NCBI GenBank assembly: GCA_028534125.1
Contig: CM052816.1
Location: 82,896,001 to 82,960,000 of the forward strand
Direction: 5' to 3'
From: Lama glama
Lineage: Eukaryota
DNA: 64,000 nucleotides
Under the pieces are notes generated by a model. The model was not told the origin of the DNA. It did no database searches and saw nothing but the letters and a program-made list of their open reading frames with translations. Numbering within the stretch: the first letter of the stretch is position 1; the number at the start of each line of letters is the position of its first letter. The translations under genes were made by a program, and so were the position numbers. Positions 1 through 14,425 of the stretch are shown here, one piece after another.

Positions 1-3000
1 CCAAAGAACCCAGCTTCTATTTTATTCTATCATTGTGCTGGGCCCAAGATGAGCCATTACCATTTGTTAACTGACAACAATGAAGAATGTCTTTTGAAAA
101 ATCAGGAGGAAAAAGAGAAATGACAAATATTTGACAACTAGAGAGAAAGCCATATTTAAGAGAGAGTTTTTACATTTAATAGTGCATTCTCAATAAATAA
201 TTACTGAGCAACTATTACATACCAGGAACTGCACTAGAATCTTTCTCTACATAGCATTCTAAGAAGTTACCACCATTGGAGCTGGTCACTGAGACAAACT
301 AATATTTAATCATCAGTATGTATCTTTTATCTGCCAATAAATCAAGATTTTATTTTGAAATATAATATCAATTTTTGCTTAAAATGTATGCCAGTTTTCC
401 TCCTGAAAACTTGGACCAGGTAGTCATTTCATAGTATAACCTCTAAATATGGTTCCCTAAACAGACCAAATAACTAAATAAATACTAATTCAATGAATTC
501 TTTAATTTATATGTTTATGCATTCATTATAGATATGTTGAACTTTGACATGTTTCAGATACCATGTCAGATTCTAATTAAAATAATAATATTAAAAATAT
601 TGATTCTCAAAAAGCTTCTATACTTTTGTGGGAAAACACATATTAATAATTATAAAAGAATGGGTTAAACATAATGATAAAGCTATATCCAGAAATGTAC
701 TGGGTCATAAAGAAGGATTGCCTCTCTGATAGGTTAAGAGGTTAGGTAAATCTTTCTAGGTAATATGATGCCTAAATTGAAAGATGGGTTGGAATTTGTC
801 AAATTTAAGTATGTAGGGGGTGATAGGACATTTTAGGCAGACAGACAAAGCATATAAAAACGATGAGATAAAAAAGGAAAGTGACTATAATCAAGATTTA
901 GAATATTCAGCACAGAATATTTTCACCTCAATTTATTTTTGCACACATATTTTTGAAGGAAAGTGTCAGATTCTCAGACACCTCTATTTTTGGTCCCATG
1001 TTATAATCTATTATAGTGCTGAAATTATGGAAGAAGAAAGAAAAGATAGGTGAGGAAGAGAAAGATAAGAAGATAGACTATAGCAGGAAGAGGGGGAGAC
1101 ACATAATAAGAAAGGGAGAAGGAGAGGGAGAAGTAGAAGAAAAAAATCTCAAGGGAAAATGTGTGAAATGCATCTTTAGAAATGTAAGCACATTATCATC
1201 AATTAGTTGTAATTATATTGCAGGAGACTCACTAATGTATCGATTTACTAATTATTCTTTCCTTATTTTCTTAATATTCTCTTACACGTATTTGGCTACC
1301 GTTTTAAAAAGTAAAAAGAAGCAGATACTAGCCATTAGTTCAAACGTCTGGTAGTAAAAACTATTATGCATTGTAAATTAATTATAGATTAAAATACTCC
1401 AGATTAATGTTTGCTTCTGTTCTAAAAAAGTCCCTGTGGTCGTCTGACATGAATACTCCATAATGTCCAATAATTACTCAGCTAAGGCATCATTAAGGCT
1501 GTGATATTTATTTGTAACGTCTCTCTAAAGCCAGATTTACATGACAGAATTTTCATCAACAACTAAGGCAAATGGTTGTTCTAGTCCAGATAACTGTATT
1601 TTGTCATAAAAGTAAAGCTATGAGAAGTTTACAAAAAAAAAAAATCCATTCTGTGTCCTGAGTTAAGCTTATAAAAACATATTTAACTGACAATGTAGAT
1701 AATTTTTAGTGATAATAAAAGCATAATGCAAACTGAATTGAAAACCTCTTAACTCTCAAGCATTACGTCTGCATTCTTCACTTTCAATCATTGACAAAAA
1801 TGTTAAGCCTTCTTTTCCTAATAATTCCATACTCTATAAACAAAAAAAGTAATTTCCGTTTACCCAGTGGCTATCCATGTGGAGTCTAGCGTTTTACTGC
1901 GTACTCAAATTTTCCAATTCACCCAACTCTTACTAGAAGGCGCTTTCTTTATGTGCTGCTATTGGATCCCAACGTTTGCATTTATGCCCTTGATCGAATT
2001 AACACACGCACAGTACAAATTTCTCTTGGTCTCCGCAGGCAATGGCTGTCTTCTCAAACTTCTCAACAAATACAAAAGAATGCTGATTGTCTCTCATCAT
2101 TGTAATTCTGGCCAACAGCATATGTATGGCAAGTACTTTTTTTTTAAATCACGTTGTCTAAATAATTGAATTAATAAATTCAAAGAGAAAAGAGCTATTT
2201 ATTGACATACCTAGGAAAAATGCTGCATATCATTTTAATAGTTTGTTCTTAAGTTAGAAACTCTGGAAATGAAGATTATGTAATATTTATGTAAATGCTT
2301 ATTTATGTTCATGGAAATGAAATTACAAGAAATGAATTTATCTCATCTAGTGTATTTCATAAATTATCCTAAAGTGTCCATGTTTCCATATTTTTTTGTT
2401 TTTGTTTTTAATTTGAGAGGAGGGGAGGAGTACAGGATGATATTATTAATAAGATGCTTGAATTCTCCAATGAATGTTTGCACTCTACTATTAACAAAAC
2501 TGATAGATATATTATTTTGTTATTAGTTTATTTCTGCTAGCTTGAGATTCATTTCTTAATTACATAAGTTAATAAATTCAAATTAACATATTTTTCAGTG
2601 AATTGGAAAAAAATACATTTAAAAGGGTATACATTAGAGTAGATTAGAGTAGGACCCTTAACTTTTCTATAGGTAATGTAATTAAATAAATTAATTAATT
2701 TACCTAAGTAGTTGATTTTAAAACATATATTTTTATTAAAAGAATAATTTGTATTTAATTTTAGATTATATCTTAAAAGTTTCAGCATCAATTTTTGATT
2801 TTTAAACATAATGACAAAAGAAATTAATATGATATTCTATCTGTTCCAATTATATCATAATTTCTTTGGTCCTCTAGATCCAACATGACAAGTTTGAGTA
2901 AGATACATACACTTAATAATTAACACAAGCTGGTATTTATTTCTAGCACAGTTTTATGATTATGTGTGTGCATGAATAAAATGGGGATTATTTACTCTAA

Positions 3001-5005
3001 ATATCTAACACTTTTGCTAAATTTTAAAATTTAAGGTAGATTGAATCACTTAAAATACGTGCTCTCAATATGATCATCTTATATTTTGCAACGAAGTTTA
3101 CTCCATGAGAAGTGTATTTGTAGAGCTGGAAAAATTTATAGACTCTCCAGAAAAGTTTAGACATATTAAACACTTACAATACTATCAGCATTTATTTTAT
3201 ATTTTGTCATGTACTTTATAAATACTTGAAGCAGTAGCAGTTGGTACATTGGAAGGTAGACTGCGTCTGCCCAGAGGTGTGATCAAGCTTACAGTTAAAG
3301 GACTAAAAGAGCTAAGCTCCCTTCCTTCTAAATAAAGAGAAATTTCATTAGTTGAGGCCAACCATAATCACCATTTCATTTAAAGCCACTCTCAATATCT
3401 TCACTCCTACCCTCCAATCCCCACCCCCACCAACATGAAATTATATATGGGGAGAAGTGAGTAAGTCACCTTTTAGGGACTTATGCAGTATTTGAAGAGA
3501 AAGAATAACTGCCTATGGGATAGACTGACCTTTCTTCCCCTGCACAGTCTTGTGTTTACTCAGAAGGAATGGTAGGGGAGTTGTGACTGCCCTACCAAGA
3601 AGCTAGTACTACCCTTCATGTGCAGCATGAAAGAGGGGAGACATCCCATAAAGGCCCTAGAATAATAGGGACACCCCAGAAAAAGGATCAATGTCAGCTT
3701 AAGTAGTCAGTAAGGAGTCATTCTGGTGCCTGTCCCCCACCTTGCCTGAGGAGCAAGTACACGGAGGAAGGAAGGAAGAAAAGCATATGGAAAATGGCAG
3801 GGAGGGAGAGGGGGAAATTTCCATGGAAAAGCGACTGTGTGACCTCATCCACTCCAAGACTCAAGAGGCACTGGTCTAATCTTAGCTGGTGGAGAGAAGA
3901 AATTTGAATATGAGACTGAGGTTTTCATAAAGTCCTAAATAATAACAGTCATTGCTTAATAATGAATGACTGAGAAGCTGGGGAAACAAATTAAGACGGT
4001 GTTAAGGAAGTGGTCCATCACTCCCAGTGGAAAGATGAAGGTGGGCTGGAGGGTGTGGGCTGGAGGGTGTGTTCAATATATCATAGATGGGACAGTTATT
4101 GCAAAAATGAGAAATTTCCATGTTTTTCCCTTAACGAATTGACCCTCTTCAAAAAAAGGAGTTACACATCTCAAATTAAATACACATTTATATTAGTATG
4201 ATGTTCAGCAAGTGGCATATTGCCCTTTTGTGGATCTGGATTCTGCTTATTTGTCATTTTCACAGATCATGTATTTTCACTCTTGTCCCAAATGCTAATT
4301 TCCAAATCTTACTGTGGTAAGAGGTATCGTTCAGGTAAAATATTTTCATATGAATTATTATCTTAAGAGCAGTATTTCATAAAATATTTCATATTGCCCT
4401 TACATAATCCTTCAACAAAGATCTCTTTCTTCTTATATTTAAGCATTAGTTTCCTTAACTGTGGAATGGATACAGTGTTAACTGTCTCCCTCTTCACAGA
4501 AAATCTGAGGTAACAAGAAATACTCTGAATACTCCTTATTAATAGTTATTAGTATCATTACCTTGGGCAACACTAATACACCAATAAGAGTATGTCTTAT
4601 TAATTGATGTCAGGAAAGCACTCCTTGAAGATAATTGTAGCAGGATTTTAAATAGATATTTCCTTTCCTTTCTTCAGCTTGTCTTTGAGGTAACTGCTTC
4701 TTCTCAAATATAATACAGAGTTCTTTATTTTATACAAAGTCTGGTCATTGAGATGATCTTACAGTACATAAGAAATCATGTGTCCAGTCTCCTGACTTCA
4801 TTAGTGTTGTATCTAAAGAATCAGGATTGCTTTGATAGTATTTTTATCCAAGCTTTGGCTCAGGGTACAAGTCAGCCTTTGTCCTCCCACACCTACATAT
4901 TTCATTAATTCTTTATCTGTTCTCAGTCATGGTGGCTTAGAGCCTTGTTTTGTACACAGCAGAATACTCTTAGGTGAACAAACACAAAATCTTGACTTTA
5001 AAACC

Positions 5006-5280
5006 TGATACCTCCATGGAAATAAATGAAGTACAACCAAATGAGAAAAGCAAAGGCTATTTATTCAGAGCTTGCTATGGCAAGAGAGTCAGCCACCATC
5101 TCTTGCATTTTGACAGAGACCCAAAAGCAGGCAGAGGAATGGGAAAGCTTTATAGTGGACCAAAGGAAAGGCTTCAAGTGTGCCCTGATTGGAGGCTGTT
5201 GGCATGAAAAAGCTGTAGATGTAATGTTTGAAAGTGGAAGCACAGAAAACAAGATGGAGCTACCTGATTAGTTAGGACTT
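5006..5280 (-). mobile_element. ERV LTR fragment
   Basis: Begins TG, with tttatt (minus-strand polyA signal) in 'ggctatttattcagagcttgc' and attgg (CCAAT) further along, the layout of a reverse-oriented LTR. Subfamily not assigned. Confidence 0.55.
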
Positions 5281-7291
5281 TGAGTACTCTTCCTTTTGTC
5301 CAGTTAGGGAGTATGGAGAATGTCACTGAGGAACGTATGCTGGGAAGTAATAATCAGGTTTGCACTGTGACATAATCACTCTGATGCAGTGATGGAGAAC
5401 ACGATGGGAGGCCACAGTCCTCCAGAAAGTAGGCCAAGAGTGACCCAATTATATAATTTGCATTTTAGCATAGCAAGCCCTTCTCGCTTTCTAAATCGTC
5501 TAGTTGAAAACCCTAAATATATTAACTAAGAAGGTGGAATTTAAGCAAATGATATGAGCATCACATAATTTTAAATGTATTTTATTATTAAACCAAGAAG
5601 ACAATAAATATGCCTTAAAATAAAAAAAAAACCCTCTGTATTATCTGCCATGTGATGCTTCTTCCATTACCATTTCACTGTTCTCACACATTGTGCACCT
5701 AGTCTGTTTTTTAAAAATACATCTTCCTTTTGTATATCTCCTTCCCGAAATCCAAAAGGGCATCACTTCTACACAAGCCAAAGGAACAGGATCATCATTA
5801 CATGATGCTCTTAAATAAATGCATTAGTCAAAATGACAACCCCATTGGCAATCAATAAAGACGTTGAAAAAATGGCTAAAGCAAGTGGTGAGTTCAGAAA
5901 AGCAGTCTAGTTAAGCAATTGCTCACCTAACAGAACAAGATTAATAGTGATTGATTTCAAGTACACCTTACAGAGCATATTTGTCCAACCATTCATCCAT
6001 TCTTATCTCCTTTCCACCTTTCCCCTTTTTCTCAGTGTCACTTTTACTGATGACTTAAAGATTTAGTGAAAGAGCTAATTATAAAGTTGTAGTTTTCAAT
6101 ACAAACTGAAAGCTCTAAATATGTTAATATCAGCATTTATCTGTATTAAAGATTTTTTACTTTATATTATTTAATGCTTATGTCAAAATACTATAATTCT
6201 ATAAATTCTCCATGTATACTTGATTGAAATTTCTAGAGGAAAATGAAAAAGGTCCTTCTCCACCCACCATCTCTTCATACCCTAATCCAACTCACTTTTA
6301 TGCACATATGAAAAGCCAACTTTTCTAATAATACTTTTATGGTCATCTCTTCTCTTTCATTTTACTTTTAAAAAAAACTTTCCTGTATTTCTTACATTTT
6401 TTTTATTTATTCAAAATTTATTTTTAAAAGTATTAAATATATACTAGATACCAAGCATTGTATAGGGGCTGGGAATGAAAAGAATGGTTTAATGGCTTCT
6501 GTCGTCAGATATTTAAATTCTAATAAAAATGCTCTGAATTTGTGACAATTGTTAACATGATAGTATTATGAATTTGATAGAAGCAAGCAAATAAATATTA
6601 CAGAGGTTCTCAAAATGGCCTAAACTGCTGGGAGAGTAAGAGTCTTGTCTCAAAGGTTTCTAGGGCCCCTGACTTTTAAACTTTTGAGTAAGCTTTTTTG
6701 AACTACTCAATGAGTCAATAGTAGAAGAGGTGGCCCAGGACAGAGAAATACACTTACACAAAAGCTAAAACCCAGAATTCATGCAGAAGGGGAAACACTA
6801 CAAGTGACACAAGTTACATGATAAAACTTAAATGTTTGTATTTGGTACTAGGGGTTTCAATGTCTTATTACAAGATTTTTCACAAGAATCAGTCATGGTT
6901 CTTATAATAGCAACTAGTTCCAGTTCATTAAAACAGAAATGTGTAGATATATACCTCTTCCTAGGCTCATCTGGAATCTAGAGAACAGGTCCTGGGGTTT
7001 GAAATGAGCTAGAAAGTACAAAATCTGACAACTACCACTGCCTCTTGCGCTTTGAATGCTGCAGCTTGAACCATCACACTGAACCTAGAGACACTAGACA
7101 AAAGAGATTTGATCTTGCTGAAAGCATCACAATTGCCAAGGATAGTTTCTTACAACTCTTGCTGTTATGCATCATTGATTCTCAGTTCAACGTCTGGATC
7201 AGATGTAGCTCATGTCTCAGCCTATACCACATCCTTGCTGCTCAGGGCAACGGGAATGAAAGTATCTAGCATTTCCAGCTTCCATGGTGAA

Positions 7292-7855
7292 TATGATGGT
7301 TAATTTTATGTGTCAGCTTGGCTGGGCATGGTACCCTGATATTTGGTCAAACATTATTCTAGATGTTTCTGTGAAGGCATTTTAAAATAAGATTAACATT
7401 TAAAGCAGTAGATTTTAAGGTTAGCATCTCTTCATAATGTGGACTGGCCTTGTCTAATCAGTTCATGGCCTTAACAGAAAAAACTGACCATCCCTGAAGA
7501 AGAGGAAATTCTGCCAGGAGAACAACCTTCAGACTTGAACTGCAACTCCTCCCAAAGTTTCCAGCCTGCCAGCCTACTATGCAGATTTTGGACTTGCCAT
7601 CCTCCAGAGCTGTGCATGTCACTTCCTTAAAACAAATCAATCTCTCTCTCTCTCTCTCTTCTTAGGTAGACAGATGACAGATACTGTTTTATATCTGCCT
7701 ACATAGATATCTTCATAGATATATGATAGATACAGCTACACATCTATCATCTATCTGTCTATGTATGTATGCATGGATATATGTATGTAAGCGTGCATCT
7801 GTCTATCGATCTATCTACATCTTGTCAGTCTGCTTCTCTGGTGAATCCTAATACA
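7292..7855 (+). mobile_element. MLT2-type (ERVL) solo LTR with internal (CT)n and TCTA/TAGA-like microsatellite
   Basis: Characteristic start tatgatggttaattttatgtgtcagcttggctggg, 'tttggtcaaacattattctagatgtttctgtga', and end 'tctctggtgaatcctaataca'. Near-perfect 5-bp TSD gtgaa (7287-7291) / gtgag (7856-7860). Confidence 0.85.
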
Positions 7856-7964
7856 GTGAGCCATAGGCTCTGACTCACCAAGACTCATAAGGAAGGGAAT
7901 CCATTAAACATAGTAAGTGCTTCAAAGAGCCAGTGACCAAATGTTGCACTAGTCAGTGTAGAAG

Positions 7965-8320
7965 ACAATATGTTGTAGCAACAAAAAACCGCTAACATGT
8001 CAGTATCTTTAAACAGCATAGGGGCATTTTTTGCTCTTGTGAAGTATACTTGACAGGTAGCTAGGGGCACTACTAGGTTGTCCTGTCTTTCTTACTCTTA
8101 AGAACCAGGTTGACAGGGCAACAATGAAACCACTTTCTAGACATTGTCAATTCCTGTGGCAGAGGTAAGAGAGAATGTAGTAAAAACATGTTCTTGGTTC
8201 TTAAACCACGCCCCCACCAACAAACTCTTTTCTGCATACCCCATTGACCAAAGTAAGTCATATGATCAAATTTGAATTCACAGAGTTGGAAATCTCTAAT
8301 CTTCCTTTAGGGAGAGGAAA
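7965..8320 (-). mobile_element. Old MaLR (MLT1-like) LTR fragment
   Basis: Motifs such as 'ccattgaccaaagtaagtcatatgatcaaa' resemble a reverse MLT1 LTR; heavily diverged. Confidence 0.4.
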
Positions 8321-8429
8321 TACGAGGAGACAGTATTTCAGCCTGACCTAAATATACACATTTTTAATGCAATAATATAATTGTCTGAAATTTTACTCTG
8401 ATATTTGGGGAAATAGGATTGCACAGAGT

Positions 8430-9090
8430 CAGTCAGAGTTGGTGAGAAGGCATTCAGTTTAGAAGGCTATTGTGATAACCCAAACAGGAAATGGTTAATG
8501 ATACACTAACTAGTGGTGGTAAAAAAAATAGAAAAAAAATGGACTATTGAGAGTCATTAGGAGAGAAGAATAAAAAAGGCCTTTTGACTAACTGGTTAAG
8601 GGTTATATATGAGAGGAAGAGGTCAATGACAGCCAGTTTTTAGTTTGGATAACTGAATAAGTTTGAGGGTTTTTTTTTTTAATGTAGCACAATCTAGTGA
8701 AATCTGACTAATATGAGTGTGAGTAGTTCCACTCTCCCAGAAAAATTGTACAAGAAAAGTAATATTTTTGGTTGATAGATATTGAGTTCAATTTTTAGTG
8801 TTATAGAGCCAAATTTGTCTGAAGCTATAGATTTAGGAATATCAGAAAATCCTTGATGGTCTTGTTATGGGATCTGTAGAGAAAGAAAAGAAGAAGGCAG
8901 AAGACAGAAATTGGTATTTTAAGGTCCATAATCAGAAGAGAAGTTTGGGAAACACAGGAGAAAACAAACCAACTGATAGACTCTGATAAAAAGCAAACCA
9001 AGATAGGATGGTGTCAACGTTAAGTCAAAGGAAGAGAGAATATTTCAAAAAATGAAGAGGACAAAGCTTTTGTCATTAAGATGAAAAGGA
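8430..9090 (-). mobile_element. LINE-2 fragment
   Basis: Purine-rich stretch with 'gtttagaaggctattgtgataaccca', typical of reverse-oriented L2. Confidence 0.45.
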
Positions 9091-10324
9091 GCTGAAAAAG
9101 TCAACTTTGGTTACAAATTACTGTCTTATGGCAATTCTTATGCTACACCTATAGTATAGTCCTGACTATTGACTAGGGTTTCTTATTAAGCCAGAATGTT
9201 GTTTAGTGGAATTATCCTGCTTGGCCGTAAATCTGATTCTTACAGTGTAAACTTTATCATTATTATAAATATATTGTGTCCCTTTTCCATACATGACTAG
9301 ACCCTCTAGGCATCTGTTGACGTGCCATAGATAAGAAACTATCTGCCCTTGAAAAAGACAAGAGTGACAAATTGATGGAGATTTGTGTGTATATGTGTGT
9401 ATACAATTCTATACCCGCGGACATATTTTGCAGCATTTATAGAACAGAACTTATTTACAGAGTTATATATTTATTTATGGTGAATATAGCAAGAAGGTAA
9501 ATTTTGACATGTTCTAGGGTAAACAACCATGTGAGAAGGGAGACAATATTTAAACATGGAGCTATTTAAAGATAGAAAGGTAGAATCAGCTTCTATTTAA
9601 AAGCTATACTTTCATGCTTATCCATGAAGTGAACTCATAAATTACAGATTTGTCCCCAAGGCACCTATAAACACAACAGTGTGTGAAACTGTTGTTTATA
9701 TTAAGTTAAAATATATAATTAATTTTTGATTCCATAAGAACTTAAGTGGTATCTGAGTATTATTTATGCCATGTATGCCACATTAAACTAACATTTCTGT
9801 TAAATTTCATCTTATATATGAAATCAGAGTGTTAACCACTTAAAGTATACATATTGTATTAGATTTATGAAATATAATATCTGAATATTTTTATTTTAGT
9901 TTACTGGCTATTTTGCAATTCATATGGTACTAACCGTTTTCTATTTAAATCAGTCATCAGAAGAGAAAGAGGGTTTTGTTTACAGAGGAGCTTCCACTGA
10001 CATATTTTCACTTTCCAATACATTAATGTAGAAAACTCCCCTACATTCTAGTTGATCTCTGCTATCTTAGTGACTTTAAGGGAACAAACCAATTTCTGCA
10101 ATGACAAGGACAAAAGAAATAAAGGGTGAAATATATTTCTATGGGGAAAAAAAGCAAAGCAAAACAAAACCCTAAACTTGCTTTCATTTTTTGCGTCAAT
10201 ATCAAATTACAAGAATGAACTTGCTGTATATGTGGAGAATATCTTTTAATGCTTCTCACTGTACTAGATGAAATACAAGAGAAGAAATAAAAGAGAATCA
10301 CACGACCTGCACAATAATGGCTAA

Positions 10325-10410
10325 TAGCTTCTTCTGTGACCTTGGGCAAGTCACTTAAGCTCCTGGTGACTCAGCTTTTCCATCTGTGAAACTGAATGGT
10401 AATTACCTCA
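10325..10410 (+). mobile_element. MIR SINE core
   Basis: tgtgaccttgggcaagtcacttaa...ctcagcttttccatctgtgaaa is the MIR core consensus. Confidence 0.8.
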
Positions 10411-11954
10411 TTTATTCTGTACTCAATAGGCTGCCATTTGTATAAGCCTTGTTTCAGCATCAAGGACATTTCTTCAAGGCTTCCTTCTTTTCATAGCTTG
10501 ATGTCTATTTTTCACAATTTAAATAACGATTAATGTGATCACTATAACAAAATAGGGCAGGGGAAAGCATAAGTTATCTAGTTCTGCTGATAGGTAAGGT
10601 GTAGTAATATATGCCTTACATGTTTTCCTATGTGTATAAGATTATAGGTGAAAAGCAAAGACTAGAACAAGGTACATTTAATTAAATATCACCTATTAAT
10701 TATTTCTTGGTGATTTCTGTATTTAATTCAGCTCCTAAAATATTTTTAAACTCTCTCAAAACAGAATCTAAGCCATCAACAAAGGGGATACCATCTGTTG
10801 TACATACCCATTTTTACTGACTGTTTTCTTTGTGTTTACTCATTAGGTCAACTACTTACCTCACTCTTATACTTTGGAAAAATGCAAACAGATGTTCCAT
10901 TTTTCTCTTGCATATCATCAGTTCTGACTAACAATGGTAAAGTTCAAGTTGGTGAATCTTTCCTGGCCCGTATTATATCTTCCAAATAATTCTGAGTCTC
11001 GCTAGCCTCTTGACACCACTTTTATCATTCAGTAAACACATTGATTACTTGACAAAGAAGATTTCAGCTAAATTGAACACTTTTTAGATCGATTTAGACA
11101 CTGTCTCACTATTAGAAGAGCTAATACAATTTTAAGCACATTTATTTTGCTCACATCAGGTATACTGGCCTACAAATGCACTTTAAAGCCAGAGCATAAA
11201 AATCGTCAGTGATTCTCACAGCCCAGAATCCACAATTACATTACAATTAACATCCATGATCACTAACTCTAGAAATGTGTATAAGCAATTGAGGAATATA
11301 TTTATATTTAATGCATAATTAAAATCTTTGTTAATTGTGGTTACTGATTTGTACATCCAAGTGACATAATGAAGTATTTAAATACAAAATAATTTAAAAG
11401 AAGACATTAAAGATTAACATAACGAAGAGGCAAAGAGGTATTACAAGTCACAGAAGATTAGTATTTCCTAATCAACTGTTAAGTCATGAAAATTTGTTGG
11501 ACTAATAAAATACCATCATGATACACACTCTCAGTTTTTTAAATTAATTCACAAATGTGTATCTTTTATAATAAAATACTTATAATAAAATCCCACAAAC
11601 AAAATAATGCTCTTATTTTAGTGTGCCTTGTATTATATCAAAACATACAATATCAATAGCCTTCTAACTGAAGCCTGTACATGTGTATAATAAACATCTA
11701 TCCATAGTTCTAGTCTTCTACAGGTGACAGTGTTGCCAAATCTTTCATCACATAACAGAAATCATCCCCTTTCCTCCAGGCTCCAGTAACATTTTTTTCT
11801 GTTGTCTATAAAGCCTTCATCAAGTATTCTTTTCCAGCTTTCAACTCTTGGTCCCCTTGAGGCCCTTGTAGTTTCTGCCCTCTGCTCCATCCCAAAAGTA
11901 ATGCCGTATGTTGAGGATGTTAGGCAAGAACCCTTCTTTCCAATACTAGATTCT

Positions 11955-12420
11955 ACTTTGGTTTTCTATTTCTGCACAGCAAACTAGCTCAAACTAAGTT
12001 CTTTAAATAGCAACTTGAAAAATTATATCTCATGTTTTTCTAGGTCAGGCATTTCGATAAAGTTTGACTGGTTAATTATTGTGTGATATTCCATAAGAAA
12101 ACTTTGTGGTATTCACCTGGCAGATGGGCTCAGTTGGAAAGTGCACAATGTCTTCATCCATGTGTCCATTGGCTTGGAGAGGATGACAGGAAGGCTTGGC
12201 TGGAACTGAAAGGGGCACCTATATGATTTTGGCAAACAGAGTAGTTGGATTTCTTACATGACGGGTCAAGGACCCAAAGGGAGAGTTGTAAGCTAACAGA
12301 CTGTGGCTATTCCCTGTGACTATAGCCATACTGGTAGTCAATTCTGTCTTGGTAAGCAGGCATTTAGCTAACCATAATAGGTATGGAGAAGTGATACAAT
12401 AAAATGGGATTATTTGGAAT
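11955..12420 (-). mobile_element. MaLR (MLT1-like) LTR fragment
   Basis: 'tttctatttctgcacagcaaactagctcaaacta...tatctcatgtttttctaggtcaggcatttc' resembles a reverse MLT1 end. Confidence 0.45.
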
Positions 12421-13029
12421 TGCAACAGTAGTTAAGGGAAAAGAAACAGAAAAATAAATTAGTAAATTTCTGTTGCATTCAGGGAAATGACAGTGCTAAT
12501 CCAAGAAAAGAAATGATTATCAACAAATAATTTCTCATAGAAGGCATTACAGTACAATAAAAATGTATTTTTTAAAAAATGAGTTCTTCCTTAATGTCAG
12601 GAGAAGCTAAATTTGATTCAGTGATGTACTTTTCCAGTAGGAAAAATGGCACATCTTCATTCAGATGACTCAAGGTTGTTTTAATAAAGGGACTGTTTAC
12701 AAAGATGTGTGTGAGGGACTGGGAAATCACGAGAGGTAATACAATAATCTAGGAACAGTAAGAGTAAAGATGCAGTTACTTTTAACCACAGAAGTGACAA
12801 GGAGAGGGAGTGGCTAAAAGAACTTGAGAACTATAGACGGAGACATCTTCAGTGGAGCTGTGCACCTTATTTGAGGAATACAGTCAGGAAAAGTTCCTCA
12901 CACAAAGAGAACATGGAAATATAAAACATAACCTCATTCTTCTCTGATTTCCTACTTGAGTTCCTCCACTGGCCAAATCCAACTGGAATTCAAACAAATA
13001 AGAAAACGATATAGACTATTCAGTCTCAT

Positions 13030-13315
13030 TATTATCGAAAAAAATCTAATACCAATTGAGGGACATTCTACAAAATACTTGAATAATGCTTTCCCAAACT
13101 GTCAAGGTTGTCAAAAACAAGGAAAGGTACAAAACTAAGAAGACTGATCACTAAATGTAAAGTAATATTCTGGATGGGATCTTGGAACAGAAAAAAGGGT
13201 ATTAGGCAAAAACTGAGTAAATTTGCATACAGTATGAGCTTGAGTTAATAACAGTGAATCAAGATTAGTTTAGTAATTGTAAAATATGTACAATAGCAAT
13301 GAAAGATGTTACATT
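13030..13315 (+). mobile_element. Old L1 (L1MC/MD-like) 3' UTR fragment
   Basis: 'aattgagggacattctacaaaata...tgtcaaggt...ctggatgggatcttggaacagaaaaa' matches the L1MC/MD-type 3' end. Confidence 0.65.
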
Positions 13316-13332
13316 TTCATTCTTATCTCATC

Positions 13333-13925
13333 TTTTTTTTGAAACATTTTTGATTGAGATATAGTCATTTTACAATATTGTGTCAAATTCCAGTGTAGAG
13401 CACAATTTTTCAGTTATATGTGAACACACACATATTCATTGTCACATTTTTTTTTGCTGTGAGCTACCACAAGATCTTGTGCATATTTCCCTGTGCTATA
13501 CAGTATAATCTTGTTTATCTATTCTGCATATGCCTGTCAGTATCTACAAATTCTGAAATACCAGTCTGTCCCTTCCCACCTCCCACCCCCTTGGCAACCA
13601 CAAATTTGTATTCTATGTCTATGAGTCTGTTTCTGTTTTGTATTTATGTTCATTTTTTTTTTTTAGATTCCACATATGAGCAATATCATATGGTATTTTT
13701 CTTTCTCTTTCTGGCTTACTTCACTTAGAATGACATTCTCCAGAGACATCCATGTTGCTGCAAATGGTGTTATGTTGCAGGTTTTTACGGCTGAATAGTA
13801 TTCCATTATATAAATATACCACATTTTCTTTATCCAGTCAGCTGTTGATGGACATTTAGGCTGTTTCCACGTCTTGGCTATTGTAAATAGTGCTGCTATG
13901 AACATTGGGGTGCAGGTGTCTTTTT
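13333..13925 (-). mobile_element. Young lineage-specific L1 3' end (ORF2 C-terminus + 3' UTR), running into assembly gap
   Basis: ORF 13663-13905 MFIAALFTIAKTWKQPKCPS...WIKKMWYIY.MEYYSA...PFAATWMSLE is the L1 ORF2p C-terminus, uninterrupted. Highly similar to the copy at 47269-47811. Confidence 0.93.
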
Positions 13926-14425
13926 NNNNNNNNNNNNNNNNNNNNNNNNNNNNNNNNNNNNNNNNNNNNNNNNNNNNNNNNNNNNNNNNNNNNNNNNNNN
14001 NNNNNNNNNNNNNNNNNNNNNNNNNNNNNNNNNNNNNNNNNNNNNNNNNNNNNNNNNNNNNNNNNNNNNNNNNNNNNNNNNNNNNNNNNNNNNNNNNNNN
14101 NNNNNNNNNNNNNNNNNNNNNNNNNNNNNNNNNNNNNNNNNNNNNNNNNNNNNNNNNNNNNNNNNNNNNNNNNNNNNNNNNNNNNNNNNNNNNNNNNNNN
14201 NNNNNNNNNNNNNNNNNNNNNNNNNNNNNNNNNNNNNNNNNNNNNNNNNNNNNNNNNNNNNNNNNNNNNNNNNNNNNNNNNNNNNNNNNNNNNNNNNNNN
14301 NNNNNNNNNNNNNNNNNNNNNNNNNNNNNNNNNNNNNNNNNNNNNNNNNNNNNNNNNNNNNNNNNNNNNNNNNNNNNNNNNNNNNNNNNNNNNNNNNNNN
14401 NNNNNNNNNNNNNNNNNNNNNNNNN
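13926..14425. other. Assembly gap (500 N)
   Basis: Run of N; the round length suggests a placeholder size. Confidence 0.99.

Noticed and set aside
1016..1354. Lys/Glu-rich ORF (similar one at 58141-58344)
   Set aside because: Low-complexity purine-rich tracts; no splice or homology support.
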